Of a stretch of 64,000 nt of DNA, positions 63,270-64,000 are shown one piece after another (position 1 is the first letter of the stretch; the number at the start of each line of letters is the position of its first letter). The stretch comes from Chthoniobacteraceae bacterium. Lineage in GTDB: Bacteria; Verrucomicrobiota; Verrucomicrobiia; Chthoniobacterales; Chthoniobacteraceae. The stretch is from positions 15,965 to 79,964 of the forward strand of contig JBIIXW010000268.1 in assembly GCA_044347165.1 (NCBI GenBank), read 5' to 3'. Made by a program: the position numbers and the translations under genes. The notes beneath the pieces were generated by a model. It was not told the DNA's origin. It ran no database searches and saw only the letters and a list, made by a program, of their open reading frames with translations.

Positions 63270-63545
63270 ATGCATGACCATGAAAACGTCCGTGAGGACG
63301 AACATCCCGAGATTGTTGCGCACAACACGCGGCTCGGTCTGATTCTCTTTGCGATTTATTGTCTGTTGTACGGAGGCTTCATGGGGCTTTCGACGTTTGC
63401 TCCGGACGTGATGCGTTGGCAGCCGTTTGGAGGGGTCAACCTCGCGATTTTGTACGGGTTTGGACTGATTGCGGCGGCGATGATTTTGGCGGCGGTGTAC
63501 TTGGTGTTGGCGCGGCGCGACGTTTCGGGCGGGAAGGGCAACTGA
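63270..63545 (+). CDS. yjcH: DUF485 (YjcH-like) small membrane protein
   Basis: About 91 aa from ATG63270. Two TM segments. Sits immediately upstream of an ActP-like gene, as in yjcH-actP. Confidence 0.7.
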   Translation: MHDHENVREDEHPEIVAHNTRLGLILFAIYCLLYGGFMGLSTFAPDVMRWQPFGGVNLAILYGFGLIAAAMILAAVYLVLARRDVSGGKGN

Positions 63546-63561
63546 GAGGGGGACTGATTTT

Positions 63562-64000
63562 ATGCAATACACCTCTTCGTTCATGGCGTTGGTGATTTTC
63601 CTCGTGTTTGTGGGGATTGTGGTGGGGATTTCCCTCTACATGGGGGCGAAGGCTAAATCGGCGAAGGGGTTCTTTGCCGCGGGAGGCGGCGTGCCTTGGT
63701 GGGTGAACGGGATTGCGTTTGCGGGGGATTATCTCTCGGCTGCGTCGTTCCTGGGGATATGCGGGATGATTGCGTTTTACGGGTATGACGGGTTTCTCTA
63801 CTCGATTGGTTATTTGGCGGGATGGATTGTGGCGTTGTTCGTGATTGCGGAGCCGATGAAGCGGTTGGGCCGGTACACGTTTGCGGATGCGTTGGACAAC
63901 CGGTTTAACTCGCGGGGGATCAAGCTTGCGGCGGCAATCAGTACGCTGGTGGTGTCGGTTTTCTATCTGATTCCGCAGATGGTGGGTGCGGGGGCGCTGA
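63562..64000 (+). CDS. actP: Cation/acetate symporter (SSF family), 5' part only
   Basis: ATG63562 gives MQYTSSFMALVIFLVF...FFAAGGGVPWWVNGIAFAGDYLSAASFLGICGMIAFYGYDGFLYSIGYLAGW, colinear with the ActP N-terminus. It runs off the window end and so is absent from the ORF track. Confidence 0.8.
   Translation, partial: MQYTSSFMALVIFLVFVGIVVGISLYMGAKAKSAKGFFAAGGGVPWWVNGIAFAGDYLSAASFLGICGMIAFYGYDGFLYSIGYLAGWIVALFVIAEPMKRLGRYTFADALDNRFNSRGIKLAAAISTLVVSVFYLIPQMVGAGAL

Noticed and set aside
1-64000. CRISPR arrays, IS elements or transposases, rRNA genes, and conjugation or phage structural genes.
   Set aside because: No regularly spaced repeats, no DDE or HUH transposase-like translations, and no rRNA-like sequence were seen in any frame. 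The only recombinase is at 12945-14117.

Overview
This 64-kb window has two compositional parts. All calls come from reading the sequence and ORF translations by eye. No database search, covariance model or GC scan was run, and the GC figures are hand counts on a few 60-nt lines.

(1) Positions 1-47185 form a densely packed, almost entirely plus-strand heavy-metal resistance island at roughly 63-75% GC. Many adjacent genes are translationally coupled through ATGA or TAATG overlaps. It carries:
- three CusA/CzcA-family RND efflux systems
- three P-type ATPases: ZntA/CadA-like PIB-2, CopA-like PIB-1, and a P2-type cation pump
- a multicopper oxidase, a short CDF, DUF305, DUF3347 and TauE/SafE
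- an AraC/PocR regulator and two ECF sigma modules, one of them CorE-like
- many small secreted Cys/His-rich proteins that recur as paralog pairs.

The island is interrupted at about 12.9-16.9 kb by a lower-GC module (tyrosine recombinase, cytoplasmic histidine kinase, three-domain response regulator, Zn-ribbon membrane protein). It ends at 47136-47185 in the 3' half (anticodon arm to CCA) of a tRNA-Pro(CGG) that has no 5' half, which reads as an att-like island boundary.

(2) Positions 47.3-64 kb are lower-GC (about 50-67%) and core-like. They contain a DUF1552/DUF1592 pair, an orphan UPF0175 antitoxin-like gene, cysE, valS, an intact tRNA-Pro(GGG), a WD40-cytochrome/PPC/DUF1501/DUF1549-DUF1553 operon, an AstE/AspA-like gene, and yjcH-actP.

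The DUF15xx families and the C/A-rich, G-poor leaders lacking an obvious Shine-Dalgarno sequence suggest a PVC-superphylum host (Verrucomicrobiota or Planctomycetota).

The candidates I consider most worth follow-up are:
- a P-loop kinase-like gene plus a PD-(D/E)XK-like gene hard-wired between an RND pump and a P-type ATPase
- the nested recombinase/two-component module
- the half-tRNA island junction
- several recurrent uncharacterised small periplasmic protein families, including TRASH/YHS-like domains fused to an RND adaptor.
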